Below are positions 39,701-49,577 of a stretch of 64,000 nt of DNA, one piece after another. A program made the translations under genes and the position numbers. The stretch spans positions 768,001 through 832,000 of the forward strand of contig CAWCRS010000007.1 in assembly GCA_963798085.1 (NCBI GenBank), in the 5' to 3' direction. Numbering within the stretch: position 1 is the first letter of the stretch; the number at the start of each line of letters is the position of its first letter. Below the pieces are notes generated by a model. The model was given only the letters and a program-made list of their open reading frames with translations, did not search any database and was not told where the DNA came from. The DNA comes from an uncultured Gemmatimonadales bacterium (lineage in GTDB: Bacteria > Gemmatimonadota > Gemmatimonadetes > Longimicrobiales > RSA9).

Positions 39701-42700
39701 ATGTCCGTGACCCCATCCGATCTCCCGGCTCCCGACGCCGACGACTTCGCCCCTGACGCACCAGGCGACCCGCTGGCGGCCCGAGCCGCGCCTGCGCCCG
39801 CCGAGACCGGCGCCGGCCATGGCCCGGATGCACCCGTGCCCCACGCCGACACGGCAGACTCGACGACCCGCGCCGCCGCGAACACGCCGGTAGACGAAGC
39901 CGCAACGGTCGAACCGGCGTCATCGATCGATGCGAACACACCGGTAGACGAAGCGTACATTTCCGCGGACACGGCGGGCGCATCGGACGCATCCTCGTCT
40001 GACGTGATTGCCGCCGCCCGGAGAGACGCAGCCGAAAAAGGCTTCAGCAAGCCCTCCGCCAGCGATCGGCCTCGCCCGCCTCGCCCGCCGTTCCTGCGGC
40101 GTGCGCGTGCGGCCACGGCCCGGCGGGTTCGCGCGCTGGCGAGCCGGCGCACGCTGTATGTGGTGCTGCCCATCGTCATCATCATGGGCACCGCCTGGCA
40201 ACGCTGCGGGATTCGCGGCTGCCCCAACGTTTCGCGCCTCGCGTCCTATCAGCCGGGCGGCGCCTCCGTGCTGCTGGATCGCACAGGCGAGCGCTTTGCC
40301 GACCTCGGGCCCGTCGATCACACGGTCATCGACATCCGCACCCTGCCGGCCTACGTGCCGGAAGCGTTCGTCGCGGTCGAGGACAAGCGCTTCTATCATC
40401 ATCACGGCGTGGACTGGCGTCGCGTCTTCGGTGCGGCGCTGGCCAATCTGCGCGCGCACCATGCGGTGCAGGGCTCGAGCACCATCACCATGCAGCTCTC
40501 GCGCAATCTCTTTCCCGAACGCATCCGCGCTGCGGACCGCACGCTGCGACGCAAGCTGCTCGAGGTGCGCGTAGCCAGGGACATCGAGCATCACTTCACC
40601 AAGCCGCAGATCCTGCAGCTCTACCTGAATCACATCTACTTCGGCGCGGGTGCGTACGGCATCGAGGCGGCGGCGAGGCAGTATTTCGGCAAGTCGGCGA
40701 AGGACCTGACCGTCGAGCAGGCCGCGGTGCTGGCGGCGCTGCCCAAGGCGCCCAGCGCCTACGACCCCCGCCACTACGCGGACCGCGCGCGCGACCGCCG
40801 CGATCTCGTACTCGGGCTCATGGCGCAGCAGGGCTACCTGACGGCGGCCGCCTCGGCGAAGGCGAAGTCGACAGCGGTGCGGCTCGGCTCGCCGCGCGCC
40901 GCTCGCCAGCCCGAGGAGCGCGCCGCCTGGTTCGCGCAGGCGGTTCGCGATCTGCTCGAAGATCAGCTGGGCGAAGATCTGTACAGCCGGCCGCTCCGCA
41001 TCACCACGACGCTGGACCTGCGCGCGCAGCGCGCGGCGGAGGAAGAGCTGGAGGCACAGATCCGGCGCGTCGAGGGTGGCGCGTACGGTGTGTTCCAGGG
41101 TCCGCGCATGCGTGACTACACAGCGGGCGGCGCGACGGACTACCTGCAGGGCGCCGTCGTCGTGATGGCCAACAACACGGGCGATGTGCTGGCCATGGTT
41201 GGGGGCCGCGATGCGCGCCAGTCCTCCTTCAATCGCGCGACGCAGGCACGCCGTCAGGCGGGCAGCGCCTTCAAGCCGTTCGTGTACGCCACCGCACTGG
41301 GTCGCGGCTGGTCGCCGGCGCAGCTGCTGGATGATTCGCCGTACCGCCTGGTCAGCGATGGCAAGGCGTGGGAGCCCAGCAATTTCGACGGCGAATTCGA
41401 GGGTCCGGTATCGCTGCGCGATGCGCTGGTCTTCTCGCGCAACGTGCCCACCATTCGCCTGGCCAGTCGTGTGGGCGAGCACAACGTCGCACGTCTGGCG
41501 CACGCCGCGGGCATTCGCGCGGATCTGCGTGAGACGCCCATGATCGCGCTGGGCATTGCGGAGGTGAGCCCGCTCGAGCTGACGACCGCATACACGGCGT
41601 TCTCCGGCCAGGGCACTGCCGCAACACCGCGTTTGGTGCTGCGCGTCGAGGATCCCGATGGCAAGGTGTTGTGGCAGCCGCCCGTCGAGAAGCACCGCGT
41701 GCTCGATCCCGGCGTGGCGTACATGATGACGGACCTGCTGCGCGACGCCGTGGATCGCGGAACCGGACGCAGCGTGCGCTATGCCGGCTACCGCGGACTG
41801 GCCGCGGGCAAGACCGGCACCACGAATGAGGGCGCCGACACGTGGTTCGTCGGCTACACGTCGCAGGTTACCGCCGGCATCTGGGTGGGATTCGACAAGC
41901 CCCGCCCTATCGCCGAGCACGCCAGTGGCGGCGCCGTGGCCGGGTACGCCTGGGGCCGCATGATGTCGCGCATCGCCTCGTGGGCGGGCGGCTCGCCGTG
42001 GCGCGCGCCCGAGCGCGTGGTGCAGGTGGCGGTGGACCCGGAAACCGGTCTCGCGCTGGAGGAAGGCTGCGAGCCGCGCGCGGGCCAGCCGCACCGCGAA
42101 TACTTCCTGCGCGACAGGACACCGCGACAGACCTGCCCGGAGCGCGCGGACCCGCCGCGGTCCGGCCCTTCATGGGCGCAACGGATCGTGGCGTGGGCTG
42201 GCAGCCTGCTGGACCATCACCGGGACAATGGCGATGGGCGTCTCGCGGCGCGCGCGAAGCGGCGCATGGACGATCCGCTGCTGGCGCAGCCGCGCATCGC
42301 GGCTGCGGAGCCTGCCGAGACGGAAGAAGCGCCGGAGCCGGAGCCCGCGGAAATTCACGTGCCGCCGGAGAGCGAGTGGGGCGCGCCCGTGTGGCCGGGT
42401 GCGCAAAGCAGGTCGCGGCCCGCCGACGCCGAATGGTCGAACGATGTGGCCCGTGCGCTGGAGCGGGCGCTGGACCAGCATCGTCGCGAGGAGCAGCACG
42501 CCATCGACTGGCTGCAGCAGCGCGCGGACGAGCTGAACGACCAGCTGCGCGACACAAAGGACGAGCGCCTGCACGCATTGCTGGATCAGGCGAGGCGCTC
42601 GCTGGACGAAGTGCGGCGCGCCAGCCGGCACTCTCAACGCCAGCGCCTGCAGCTGTGGCTGGATCAGGCCGCGCAGGAACTGCGCAGGCAGCAGCGCGCG

Positions 42701-42727
42701 GCGCAGCGGCGCGAGGGCACGAACTAG
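39701..42727 (+). CDS. Class A penicillin-binding protein (PBP1A family) with long N- and C-terminal extensions
   Basis: Transglycosylase EDKRFY, GSSTITMQL, RKLLE; transpeptidase SAFK, SRN, KTG; GGAGG RBS. Confidence 0.92.
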   Translation: MSVTPSDLPAPDADDFAPDAPGDPLAARAAPAPAETGAGHGPDAPVPHADTADSTTRAAANTPVDEAATVEPASSIDANTPVDEAYISADTAGASDASSSDVIAAARRDAAEKGFSKPSASDRPRPPRPPFLRRARAATARRVRALASRRTLYVVLPIVIIMGTAWQRCGIRGCPNVSRLASYQPGGASVLLDRTGERFADLGPVDHTVIDIRTLPAYVPEAFVAVEDKRFYHHHGVDWRRVFGAALANLRAHHAVQGSSTITMQLSRNLFPERIRAADRTLRRKLLEVRVARDIEHHFTKPQILQLYLNHIYFGAGAYGIEAAARQYFGKSAKDLTVEQAAVLAALPKAPSAYDPRHYADRARDRRDLVLGLMAQQGYLTAAASAKAKSTAVRLGSPRAARQPEERAAWFAQAVRDLLEDQLGEDLYSRPLRITTTLDLRAQRAAEEELEAQIRRVEGGAYGVFQGPRMRDYTAGGATDYLQGAVVVMANNTGDVLAMVGGRDARQSSFNRATQARRQAGSAFKPFVYATALGRGWSPAQLLDDSPYRLVSDGKAWEPSNFDGEFEGPVSLRDALVFSRNVPTIRLASRVGEHNVARLAHAAGIRADLRETPMIALGIAEVSPLELTTAYTAFSGQGTAATPRLVLRVEDPDGKVLWQPPVEKHRVLDPGVAYMMTDLLRDAVDRGTGRSVRYAGYRGLAAGKTGTTNEGADTWFVGYTSQVTAGIWVGFDKPRPIAEHASGGAVAGYAWGRMMSRIASWAGGSPWRAPERVVQVAVDPETGLALEEGCEPRAGQPHREYFLRDRTPRQTCPERADPPRSGPSWAQRIVAWAGSLLDHHRDNGDGRLAARAKRRMDDPLLAQPRIAAAEPAETEEAPEPEPAEIHVPPESEWGAPVWPGAQSRSRPADAEWSNDVARALERALDQHRREEQHAIDWLQQRADELNDQLRDTKDERLHALLDQARRSLDEVRRASRHSQRQRLQLWLDQAAQELRRQQRAAQRREGTN

Positions 42728-42731
42728 CGGG

Positions 42732-43463
42732 CTAACTTTGCGTTTCAGGCCGGAACTGCTGGCGCGCGTGCGCCAGCCGTTCCGGCGTCCCGATCTCCAG
42801 CCAGCGTGCCCCGCCAATGTCGAAGGGCAGAATGCGCTGGCCCTGCGCGGCCAGCCTGAGGTAGGGATCGAGGATGGAGAACGCGCCGCGTTCCTCGATC
42901 GCATCCAGCAGGCCCGGGGCCACCACGTGCACGCCCGCGAACGCCAGCGCCCGCGTGCCGCCGCGCGCCACCCTCACCTCCACGCGCCTGTCATTGCGTT
43001 CGTCGCTCCGCCCGTAGAGACCCGCGTCATCGAACAGCAGACGACGCGTGCTCGTGCGCTCGTGCACCGCCAGCGTGGCCAGTGCGCCGCGGCTCGTGTG
43101 TGCGCGCAGCATTGCCGCCAGGTCCGCGTCCGTGATGACATCCACGTTGTGCAGGAAGATGGGCGAATCGCCGCGGAACAGGTTGCGCGCGTGCCAGAGC
43201 CCGCCGCCCGTTTCCAGGGGCTGCTCCACTTCGTGGGAGAGCAGGAAGCTCGCGCCCATGTCGTGCGTGTCGATGAAGCCGGCAATGCGATCGGCGTGGT
43301 GGTGCACGTTCACCACGATGCGGTCCGCACCTGCCGCCACCAGCTGGCGCGCGGTGCGCTCCAGCATCGTGATGCCACCCACCTCGATGAGCGCCTTGGG
43401 AGTGTGTGAGCCCAGCTCGCCGAGGCGGGTGCCGCGACCCGCCGCGAAGATCAGCGCGTCCAC
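42732..43463 (-). CDS. Nucleotidyltransferase (MurU-like)
   Basis: FAAGRGTRL, PKAL, LETGGG and WLEIGT motifs; downstream of the AmgK-like kinase. Confidence 0.88.
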   Translation of the reverse strand: MDALIFAAGRGTRLGELGSHTPKALIEVGGITMLERTARQLVAAGADRIVVNVHHHADRIAGFIDTHDMGASFLLSHEVEQPLETGGGLWHARNLFRGDSPIFLHNVDVITDADLAAMLRAHTSRGALATLAVHERTSTRRLLFDDAGLYGRSDERNDRRVEVRVARGGTRALAFAGVHVVAPGLLDAIEERGAFSILDPYLRLAAQGQRILPFDIGGARWLEIGTPERLAHARQQFRPETQS

Positions 43464-45010
43464 CGGCCCGACGTGCGGTCGCGCAGCTCGGCCGTGCTGC
43501 TGGCCGTGGCCGGCCGCACCGCTTCACCTGCGGCGGGGTCCGCCGGCTCCTGGCCGACCTGCGGCAGCGGCTCGAGCACCGGCCAGCGCGGCTGCTCGCG
43601 ATGCTCCGTCAGCACCGCGATGTCGGGGTAGCGCTCGCGCAGGTGCGCAGCCAGACGCTCCGCGAAATACACGGAGCGATGCTGCCCGCCCGTGCAGCCG
43701 AACGAAACCGCCAGGTTCGAGAAGCCTCGCTCGCGGTAGTTCTCCACCTGCAGATCGATGAGCCCGTGCGCGTGCGCCCAGAATTCCTCGACCTCGGGCG
43801 AGGCGCGGAGAAAATCGATCACGGGCGAATCCAGCCCGCTGGCGTGCGCGAATCTCGCATCGCGTCCCGGATTAGGCAGACTGCGACAATCGAAGACAAA
43901 GCCGCCGCCGTGGCCGCTCTGGTCGGGTGGATAGCCCTGGCGGAAGCTGAAGCTGATCACGTGCACCGTGAGTCCGGGTCTCGCCGCCACCGGGCTCGAC
44001 CTGCCGGCCCATTCCGCCACGATGCGCCCGAACACCTCTTCGATCTCCGGCAGCTCGACGGGCAGTCCGGTTTCCAGCAGGCGGGCGATGTTGCGGGCCG
44101 CGTAGGGTACGCTCTCCAGGAAGCGCGGCTTGCGCTCGAAGAAGCCGCGATACCCGTACGCCCCCATCGCCTGCATGATGCGGATCAGCACGTACCCGCG
44201 GTATTGCGCCAGGAAGTGCGAGCGCTCGACGGGCAGGTAGCGCGCCAGCGCTTCCAGGTAACGCGAGAGCAGGTAGTCGCGCACTTCGTCCGGTATCGCC
44301 GCCTTGGCGTCGTACAGCAACGATGCGATGTCGTAGTGCGGCGCGCCGCGGCGCCCGCCCTGGTAATCGATGAACCAGGGCTCGCCCGCCACTAACATGA
44401 TGTTGCGCGACTGAAAGTCGCGGTACAGGAAGTGGTTCGCGTCCGCCGTCAGCAGGAACTCCGTGAGCCGGTCGAAGTCGTTCTCCAGACGCTGCTCGCT
44501 GAAGGGCACGTGCGCCAGCTTCAGGAAATGGTATTTGAAGTAGTTGAGGTCCCAGCGCATCGATTGCAGATCGAAGGCCGCGCGCGGGTACGCGACCGTG
44601 AAGTCGATGGCGCGGCCGCCCTCGATCTGGAAGCGCGGCAGCAGTGCGACCACGCGCTCGTACACCGGCACGATGGACGCCGGAAAGCCTCCGTCATCGT
44701 GTGCGCGGGCTTCGCTCAGGGCGCTGAAGAGTGAGACGTCGCCCAGATCCTGTTCCAGCCAGAGGCCGCGCGTGACATCCAGCGCATAGATCTCCGGTAC
44801 GGGCAGGCCGATTTCGCGGAAGGAATGACTGAACGAGAGAAAGGCGCGGTTCTCTTCGGGATCGGGGCCGATCACGCCGATGACCGGGCCGAACGGGCCA
44901 CCGGTTATGCGGTAGTAGCTGCGCTGCGATCCATCGGCGGCAATGCGCAGCACGCCTTCGGGCCAGCGGCCGAATGTCGCCGCGAACAGCCGCGCCAGAG
45001 CGTCATGCAT
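43451..45010 (-). CDS. AmgK-like phosphotransferase fused to a RapZ C-terminal domain
   Basis: DGSQRSYYR, YRDFQSRN, IDYQGG; then SFSFRQG, FDCRSLPNP, GCTGGQHRSV. Confidence 0.88.
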   Translation of the reverse strand: MHDALARLFAATFGRWPEGVLRIAADGSQRSYYRITGGPFGPVIGVIGPDPEENRAFLSFSHSFREIGLPVPEIYALDVTRGLWLEQDLGDVSLFSALSEARAHDDGGFPASIVPVYERVVALLPRFQIEGGRAIDFTVAYPRAAFDLQSMRWDLNYFKYHFLKLAHVPFSEQRLENDFDRLTEFLLTADANHFLYRDFQSRNIMLVAGEPWFIDYQGGRRGAPHYDIASLLYDAKAAIPDEVRDYLLSRYLEALARYLPVERSHFLAQYRGYVLIRIMQAMGAYGYRGFFERKPRFLESVPYAARNIARLLETGLPVELPEIEEVFGRIVAEWAGRSSPVAARPGLTVHVISFSFRQGYPPDQSGHGGGFVFDCRSLPNPGRDARFAHASGLDSPVIDFLRASPEVEEFWAHAHGLIDLQVENYRERGFSNLAVSFGCTGGQHRSVYFAERLAAHLRERYPDIAVLTEHREQPRWPVLEPLPQVGQEPADPAAGEAVRPATASSTAELRDRTSGRWTR

Positions 45011-45143
45011 GCTGCAATCTAGGCAAGCCGTGGAAGCCGGACGAGGGAGACCTCGCCCGGCTTCCCGGTGTCTGGAGAGAGGGCCCGGGGACTGCCGCAG
45101 AGGAAAAGCGTGCCGGGGCGCGGCGCCCGACGGGCCCGAGAGG

Positions 45144-46433
45144 CTATTTCACGGGTGGACGGATACGCACCGCCAGGTCTTCGCCCGTTCCACCGCGATG
45201 CTGCACGTTCACGAACAGCACGTTGCCGGGCAGGTTGAAGTAGATGCCTGTCGGCTCGGCCGTGCAATCGGAAAGCGACGCGAAGCGCTTGACGCTGGCC
45301 GAGAGCGCGTGCCGCTTGCCGCCCAGCTCCGCCGTCCAGATGTCGTCGCCTGCACGCTTGCCACCGGCGAACGTGCCGCCGGGATCTTCCGCGATGTACA
45401 GCGTGCCTGCCTTGTCGAACGCCAGGTTGTCCGGGAACGAGAATTCGGACGACACGTTCATGCCGGCTCGCACCAGATCGAACACGAATGCATGGTCCGC
45501 CTCGGCATCACCGAGATCAATGCCGATCACGCGGTCCTCACCGGTAATCGCGGCGTACAGCGTGCCCGCCACGTACTCGAGGTCCTCTGGCCGGTTGTAA
45601 CCGGTCGCTCCCGAATCTGTCGCGACCGGGTCCGAGTTCAGGCGCACCTTCTGCCGGTCCAGCGGCACCCATGTCGCCTCGCCTGTGCGATCCGCATTCG
45701 GCGCCAGCAGCTTGAGCGCGTACAGCTGGCCATTCGACAGATCGCCCCACACGTCGGGCACGAACTTGTAGATGTAGCCCGGGCTCGTTTCGGAAATGCC
45801 GTACAGCGCGCCGTGCGAGTCGAAACGGTTCCCTTCGTGCGCGCGCGAACCAATCGCCGGCCGCACCACCGCGGCCCCCGTGGCCGGGTTGATCTCGTAC
45901 ACGAAGCCGCCCACGCTGCCCGGCACATCCGGATCCGGCAACGTAGCCGGATTCACTTCTTCCGACGCCAGGATGGTGCCCCACGGCGTCCACGCGATAC
46001 CGTCGAAACGCTCCCAGTCCGCGCGCTGTGCGAGGATGTGCGTCTCGCCCGTCTCGAGATTCGTGACGCTGACCGCCCCGTTCAATGTGGTCTCGTGCGT
46101 GCGATAGATGAACTGGTTGGGGTTCGCCCCGGTTTCATTCACCGTGTTCATGTCCGGCACATCCGGGAACAATGGCTCGCTCGCGAAGACTGCCTGCGAG
46201 AAGCCCGCCGGCAACGCGAACGGATTCGTCGCATCACCGCCGTCCACCGCGCAGGCATACGATGATGCGAGCTCGGTGAACCCGTGGAACCGGCTTGCCT
46301 GCGGGAGCAGGAAAAGCGCCGCCGGCGTGATCGGCGCTGTCAATGACGGCGCGACCGGCTCGTTGCACGCAGCGAGCGCTGCGGCGGCGAGCACGGCGCA
46401 CGAGCCGCGCAACAGTGAATTCGCATGACGCAT
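45144..46433 (-). CDS. PhoX/DUF839-like lipoprotein (alkaline-phosphatase-related)
   Basis: Lipobox LAAC; TPWGTILASEE, HEG, YIYKFVP, RPED, PDNL, EPTG and LFVNVQH motifs. Confidence 0.82.
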   Translation of the reverse strand: MRHANSLLRGSCAVLAAAALAACNEPVAPSLTAPITPAALFLLPQASRFHGFTELASSYACAVDGGDATNPFALPAGFSQAVFASEPLFPDVPDMNTVNETGANPNQFIYRTHETTLNGAVSVTNLETGETHILAQRADWERFDGIAWTPWGTILASEEVNPATLPDPDVPGSVGGFVYEINPATGAAVVRPAIGSRAHEGNRFDSHGALYGISETSPGYIYKFVPDVWGDLSNGQLYALKLLAPNADRTGEATWVPLDRQKVRLNSDPVATDSGATGYNRPEDLEYVAGTLYAAITGEDRVIGIDLGDAEADHAFVFDLVRAGMNVSSEFSFPDNLAFDKAGTLYIAEDPGGTFAGGKRAGDDIWTAELGGKRHALSASVKRFASLSDCTAEPTGIYFNLPGNVLFVNVQHRGGTGEDLAVRIRPPVK

Positions 46434-46560
46434 GGGACTGGCCTCCTGTAGGTTGGTTTCCTCTGGAGGCACCAACCTGCAGGTGCTTCTTCACTGCACC
46501 ATGCACAGTCACGCGATGCGTGGGTCACGATCCAGTGAGACGCAGGCACGTGAAACGCAA

Positions 46561-46594
46561 ACGGGGCCGCGTCGATTGCGTGACGCGGCCCCGT
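46561..46594 (-). terminator. Intrinsic terminator-like hairpin after the DUF4097 gene
   Basis: 13-bp perfect stem ACGGGGCCGCGTC/GACGCGGCCCCGT followed by TTGCGTTTC on the minus strand. Confidence 0.65.
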
Positions 46595-46620
46595 GCGAAA
46601 CGTCGCTGTCCTGATTTGCT

Positions 46621-47604
46621 TCAGCGTCGTGAAGTGCGTTCCGCGCGCTGGATTACGACGGGCCCGTTGGTCGTCACGGCGCGCACTGTGGCTCCGCCAT
46701 TGCCGAGCGTCGTGTCCACGCGCCGATCAATGCGACCCATGTGCGTGATGGTCAGCGGTACGTCCGTGGTGAACGGTCCATTGACCGTACCGGTCTGCAG
46801 CTTCGCCGAGTAACCATCCGGAATTGTCAGCCGAACCGGACCATTGCCCGTTTCTGCATCGAGTCCCTCGCCATCCCAGCGCGTACCCGAGAGGTCCACG
46901 GTGAGCGGGCCGTTCTGCGTGCGCGCGGTGACTTCGCCGCCAACGGAGCGGAGCGCGAGCGGCCCGTTCTGCGTCTTCGCATCGATGCGCCCGCGCACGG
47001 ACTCCACGCTGACCGGCCCGTTGTGCGCCACCAGGTCGAGATCCGAGCGATCCGGCACCAGCACCACGAACGTCACGGACCACGACTCGCGCCGGCCGGG
47101 CTCCGGACCGTCCGCCTTGATGTCGCCGCGACCGTAGTCCAGACGAATATCATCGGCAATGCCGCGCGCGTCGCTGGCCAATGCGGCCCACGTCTGAATG
47201 CGTGCGTGCACTTCGATGTCGTTGCGGTCATCACCGCGCACCTGCACGCCGCCGTTCTGGCCGCCATCAATGTGAATCGCGCTGCGTGCATCGACGCGAT
47301 CCACCTTCACGTCACAATAGACGTAGCGCCGGTCGTCATCGCGGCTGCGTTCCCGATCGCGGCAGTCCGCCAGCCACTTGTCATCGTCAGGATCCTGCGC
47401 GCGGACACCCGTGTCCCGCGTTGTGCTGCGCGATTCCGTGCGCTCCGTGGTGCGCGTCGAACCACGCTGCTGCTGCGTGCGCGTGCGCTGTGCCGCCAGC
47501 GGCGCAGCAAGAAGCAGTGCCGCGGCCAGTGCCAGTGCGGAAACCTGCGCGCCCTGCGTGGCCAGCGGTCCGGCTTTCGTTCCTACAGGATGTCTCAGGC
47601 TCAT
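46621..47604 (-). CDS. DUF4097-family beta-strand repeat protein, secreted
   Basis: Signal peptide LAAPLAAQ; repeated (T/H)xNGP motifs; GGATVRAVTTNGPV. Confidence 0.82.
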   Translation of the reverse strand: MSLRHPVGTKAGPLATQGAQVSALALAAALLLAAPLAAQRTRTQQQRGSTRTTERTESRSTTRDTGVRAQDPDDDKWLADCRDRERSRDDDRRYVYCDVKVDRVDARSAIHIDGGQNGGVQVRGDDRNDIEVHARIQTWAALASDARGIADDIRLDYGRGDIKADGPEPGRRESWSVTFVVLVPDRSDLDLVAHNGPVSVESVRGRIDAKTQNGPLALRSVGGEVTARTQNGPLTVDLSGTRWDGEGLDAETGNGPVRLTIPDGYSAKLQTGTVNGPFTTDVPLTITHMGRIDRRVDTTLGNGGATVRAVTTNGPVVIQRAERTSRR

Positions 47605-47928
47605 GTGCAGGCTCTCCATTTGGATCAGGTACGTGCGGCAGCGTGCGGGTCGCGCCGTTCCGGGTTCCGGGAGATTCGACATGGTCCGTCGGGAAAGGGT
47701 TGGAAGGCCGAGGTGGTGCAGGCGACGATGCCGCTCCACGTTTCCTGCGCTCCCGCAGGCCTGTCCGGAGCCGACGGCACAGTCGCACCCGGGCCGAACG
47801 GTTGTTGCAGCAGGTCGACAGTAAAGGTCGGCAGAGGCCGGCCCTGTTGCCGCTCTGGAGCCGCCGGCAACGGTCGGCCGGCGCGCCGGACCATGACCGG
47901 AGGCCGGGCGCCACGCCCCTTGCGGCGC

Positions 47929-47958
47929 TTGACGCAGGGGCAACGACAGGGTGATAAT
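47929..47958 (+). promoter_or_regulatory. Putative sigma70 promoter for metK
   Basis: TTGACG-N18-GATAAT about 265 nt upstream of the metK ATG. Confidence 0.45.
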
Positions 47959-48223
47959 CGAGGCTGCGCGGCGTTTTCCCCGACTTGACGGGCCGCGCAT
48001 GCGATGCTGCAGGGAGAAATCCCCGTCTAAGTCGCGGCCATGGCCCGCGATAGAGCCTCGCCCACGCCACCGGGACTTCTGGCCCTGTGCTTGCGAAAGC
48101 GACCGGCAAAAACGCGGGCCGAACGCCTTCCGGGGAAATCCTTCGGAGCGGTGGCCAACCGATCAGGCGGATTGCCTGCGCGGTCGCGCGATCAGACGGC
48201 CACCCGGACTGAAGGGACGGAGC

Positions 48224-49339
48224 ATGTCGAACAGCACCAGCACCAACGATTACACATTCACATCCGAGTCGGTCGCCGAAGGGCATCCGGACAAGGTCTG
48301 CGACTACATCGCCGACTCGATCCTGGACGCGCACCTGGCGCAGGATCCCGATTCACACGTCGCATGTGAAGTGCTGTGCAAGGAAGGCAACCTCATCATC
48401 GCCGGCGAAATCACATCGCGCGCGGTGGTGGATGCGGAAGCCGTGGCGCGCCGGGCCGTCGCCGAAATCGGCTATACGGATCCCGAGGAGTCGTTCTGCG
48501 CGGAACACGTGCGCGTGCAGTCGTTCCTGTCGCAGCAGGCGGCTGAAATCGCGCAGGGCGTGAACCGCACCGAGCGAATGGAGCAGGGCGCAGGCGATCA
48601 GGGCATCATGTTCGGGTACGCGACGCACGAAACGCCCGAGCTGATGCCCCTGCCGATCCTCCTCGCCCACCGCCTTTCCCAGGCGCTCGCCAATCACCGC
48701 CGCAACGGCGAAGCCTGGCTCCGTCCCGATGCCAAGACCCAGGTCAGCGTGATCTACCGCAACGGCGAGCCCGTCGAAGTCACCAATGTGCTGGTGTCGA
48801 CGCAGCACCGTGCGGAAGTGCGCCAGCCGGAGATCCGTGATTTCGTGGAGCGCACCCTCGCGCCCAGCGCACTGCGCGACTGGTGGCACGAGAACATCCG
48901 CGTCGCCGTGAATCCCACGGGCAGCTTCGTGCAGGGCGGGCCGTCCGCTGACTGCGGTGTTACCGGCCGCAAGATCATTGTCGACTCCTACGGCGGCATG
49001 GGCCGTCACGGCGGCGGCGCGTTCAGCGGCAAGGATCCGTCCAAGGTCGATCGCACCGGCGCCTACTTCTGCCGCTACGTCGCACGCCAGCTGGTGAAGG
49101 AAGGCCTGGCCCGCAAGGCGGAGATCCAGGTGGCGTACGCCATCGGCGTGGCCCAGCCCGTCTCCGTGAAGGTCGACACCTTCGGCACGGGCGACGAGTG
49201 CGTGGCCGCCGACTTCGTGCGCCGCTTCGATTTCCGGCCGCGCGCGATCATCGAGCAGCTCGACCTGCTGCGCCCGATCTACCGCCAGACCACGAACTAC
49301 GGCCACTTCGGCAAGCCCGGCCTCCCCTGGGAGGCCTAG
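48224..49339 (+). CDS. metK: Methionine adenosyltransferase
   Basis: FTSESVAEGHPDK, GAGDQG, GRKIIVD, GGGAFSGKD and YGHFG motifs. Confidence 0.97.
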   Translation: MSNSTSTNDYTFTSESVAEGHPDKVCDYIADSILDAHLAQDPDSHVACEVLCKEGNLIIAGEITSRAVVDAEAVARRAVAEIGYTDPEESFCAEHVRVQSFLSQQAAEIAQGVNRTERMEQGAGDQGIMFGYATHETPELMPLPILLAHRLSQALANHRRNGEAWLRPDAKTQVSVIYRNGEPVEVTNVLVSTQHRAEVRQPEIRDFVERTLAPSALRDWWHENIRVAVNPTGSFVQGGPSADCGVTGRKIIVDSYGGMGRHGGGAFSGKDPSKVDRTGAYFCRYVARQLVKEGLARKAEIQVAYAIGVAQPVSVKVDTFGTGDECVAADFVRRFDFRPRAIIEQLDLLRPIYRQTTNYGHFGKPGLPWEA

Positions 49340-49364
49340 CCCCGCACGTCTGACCAAGCACGAA

Positions 49365-49402
49365 TGAAGCGGCCGGAGCGCTCACGCGTTCCGGCCGCTT
49401 CA
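49365..49402. terminator. Strong hairpin between convergent metK and patatin genes
   Basis: TGAAGCGGCCGGA...TCCGGCCGCTTCA stem. Confidence 0.65.
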
Positions 49403-49473
49403 GTCATGAGTACCAACGTCGTTTCTCTCTTACTAACGCGAGGTTACAGAATCAGCGTCCACCCACCCTGCTG

Positions 49474-49566
49474 CCGTTCCCCAGCAACCAGCGCCAGCAA
49501 CCAGCCCCAGCAACGCAGTCGAATCCGTCAATCCCCAGCCCCAGCCCGAGCCCCAGCCCCAGCCCT
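49474..49566 (+). repeat. Solo copy of the AGCAACCAGC repeat followed by an (AGCCCC)n tract
   Basis: CCGTTCCCCAGCAACCAGCGCCAGCAACCAGCCCCAGCAACGCAGT matches the 32.8-33.4 kb core. Confidence 0.85.
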
Positions 49567-49577
49567 GGAAAACGTCC

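Noticed and set aside
46500..46560. Pho box upstream of the PhoX-like gene
   Set aside because: GTGARACGCA repeats are 15 bp apart, not the 11-bp PhoB/PhoP spacing
48000..48060. c-di-GMP-I riboswitch (GTCTAAG plus hairpin)
   Set aside because: Lacks the GGCAAA / GAAA P2 / GCAAA consensus elements
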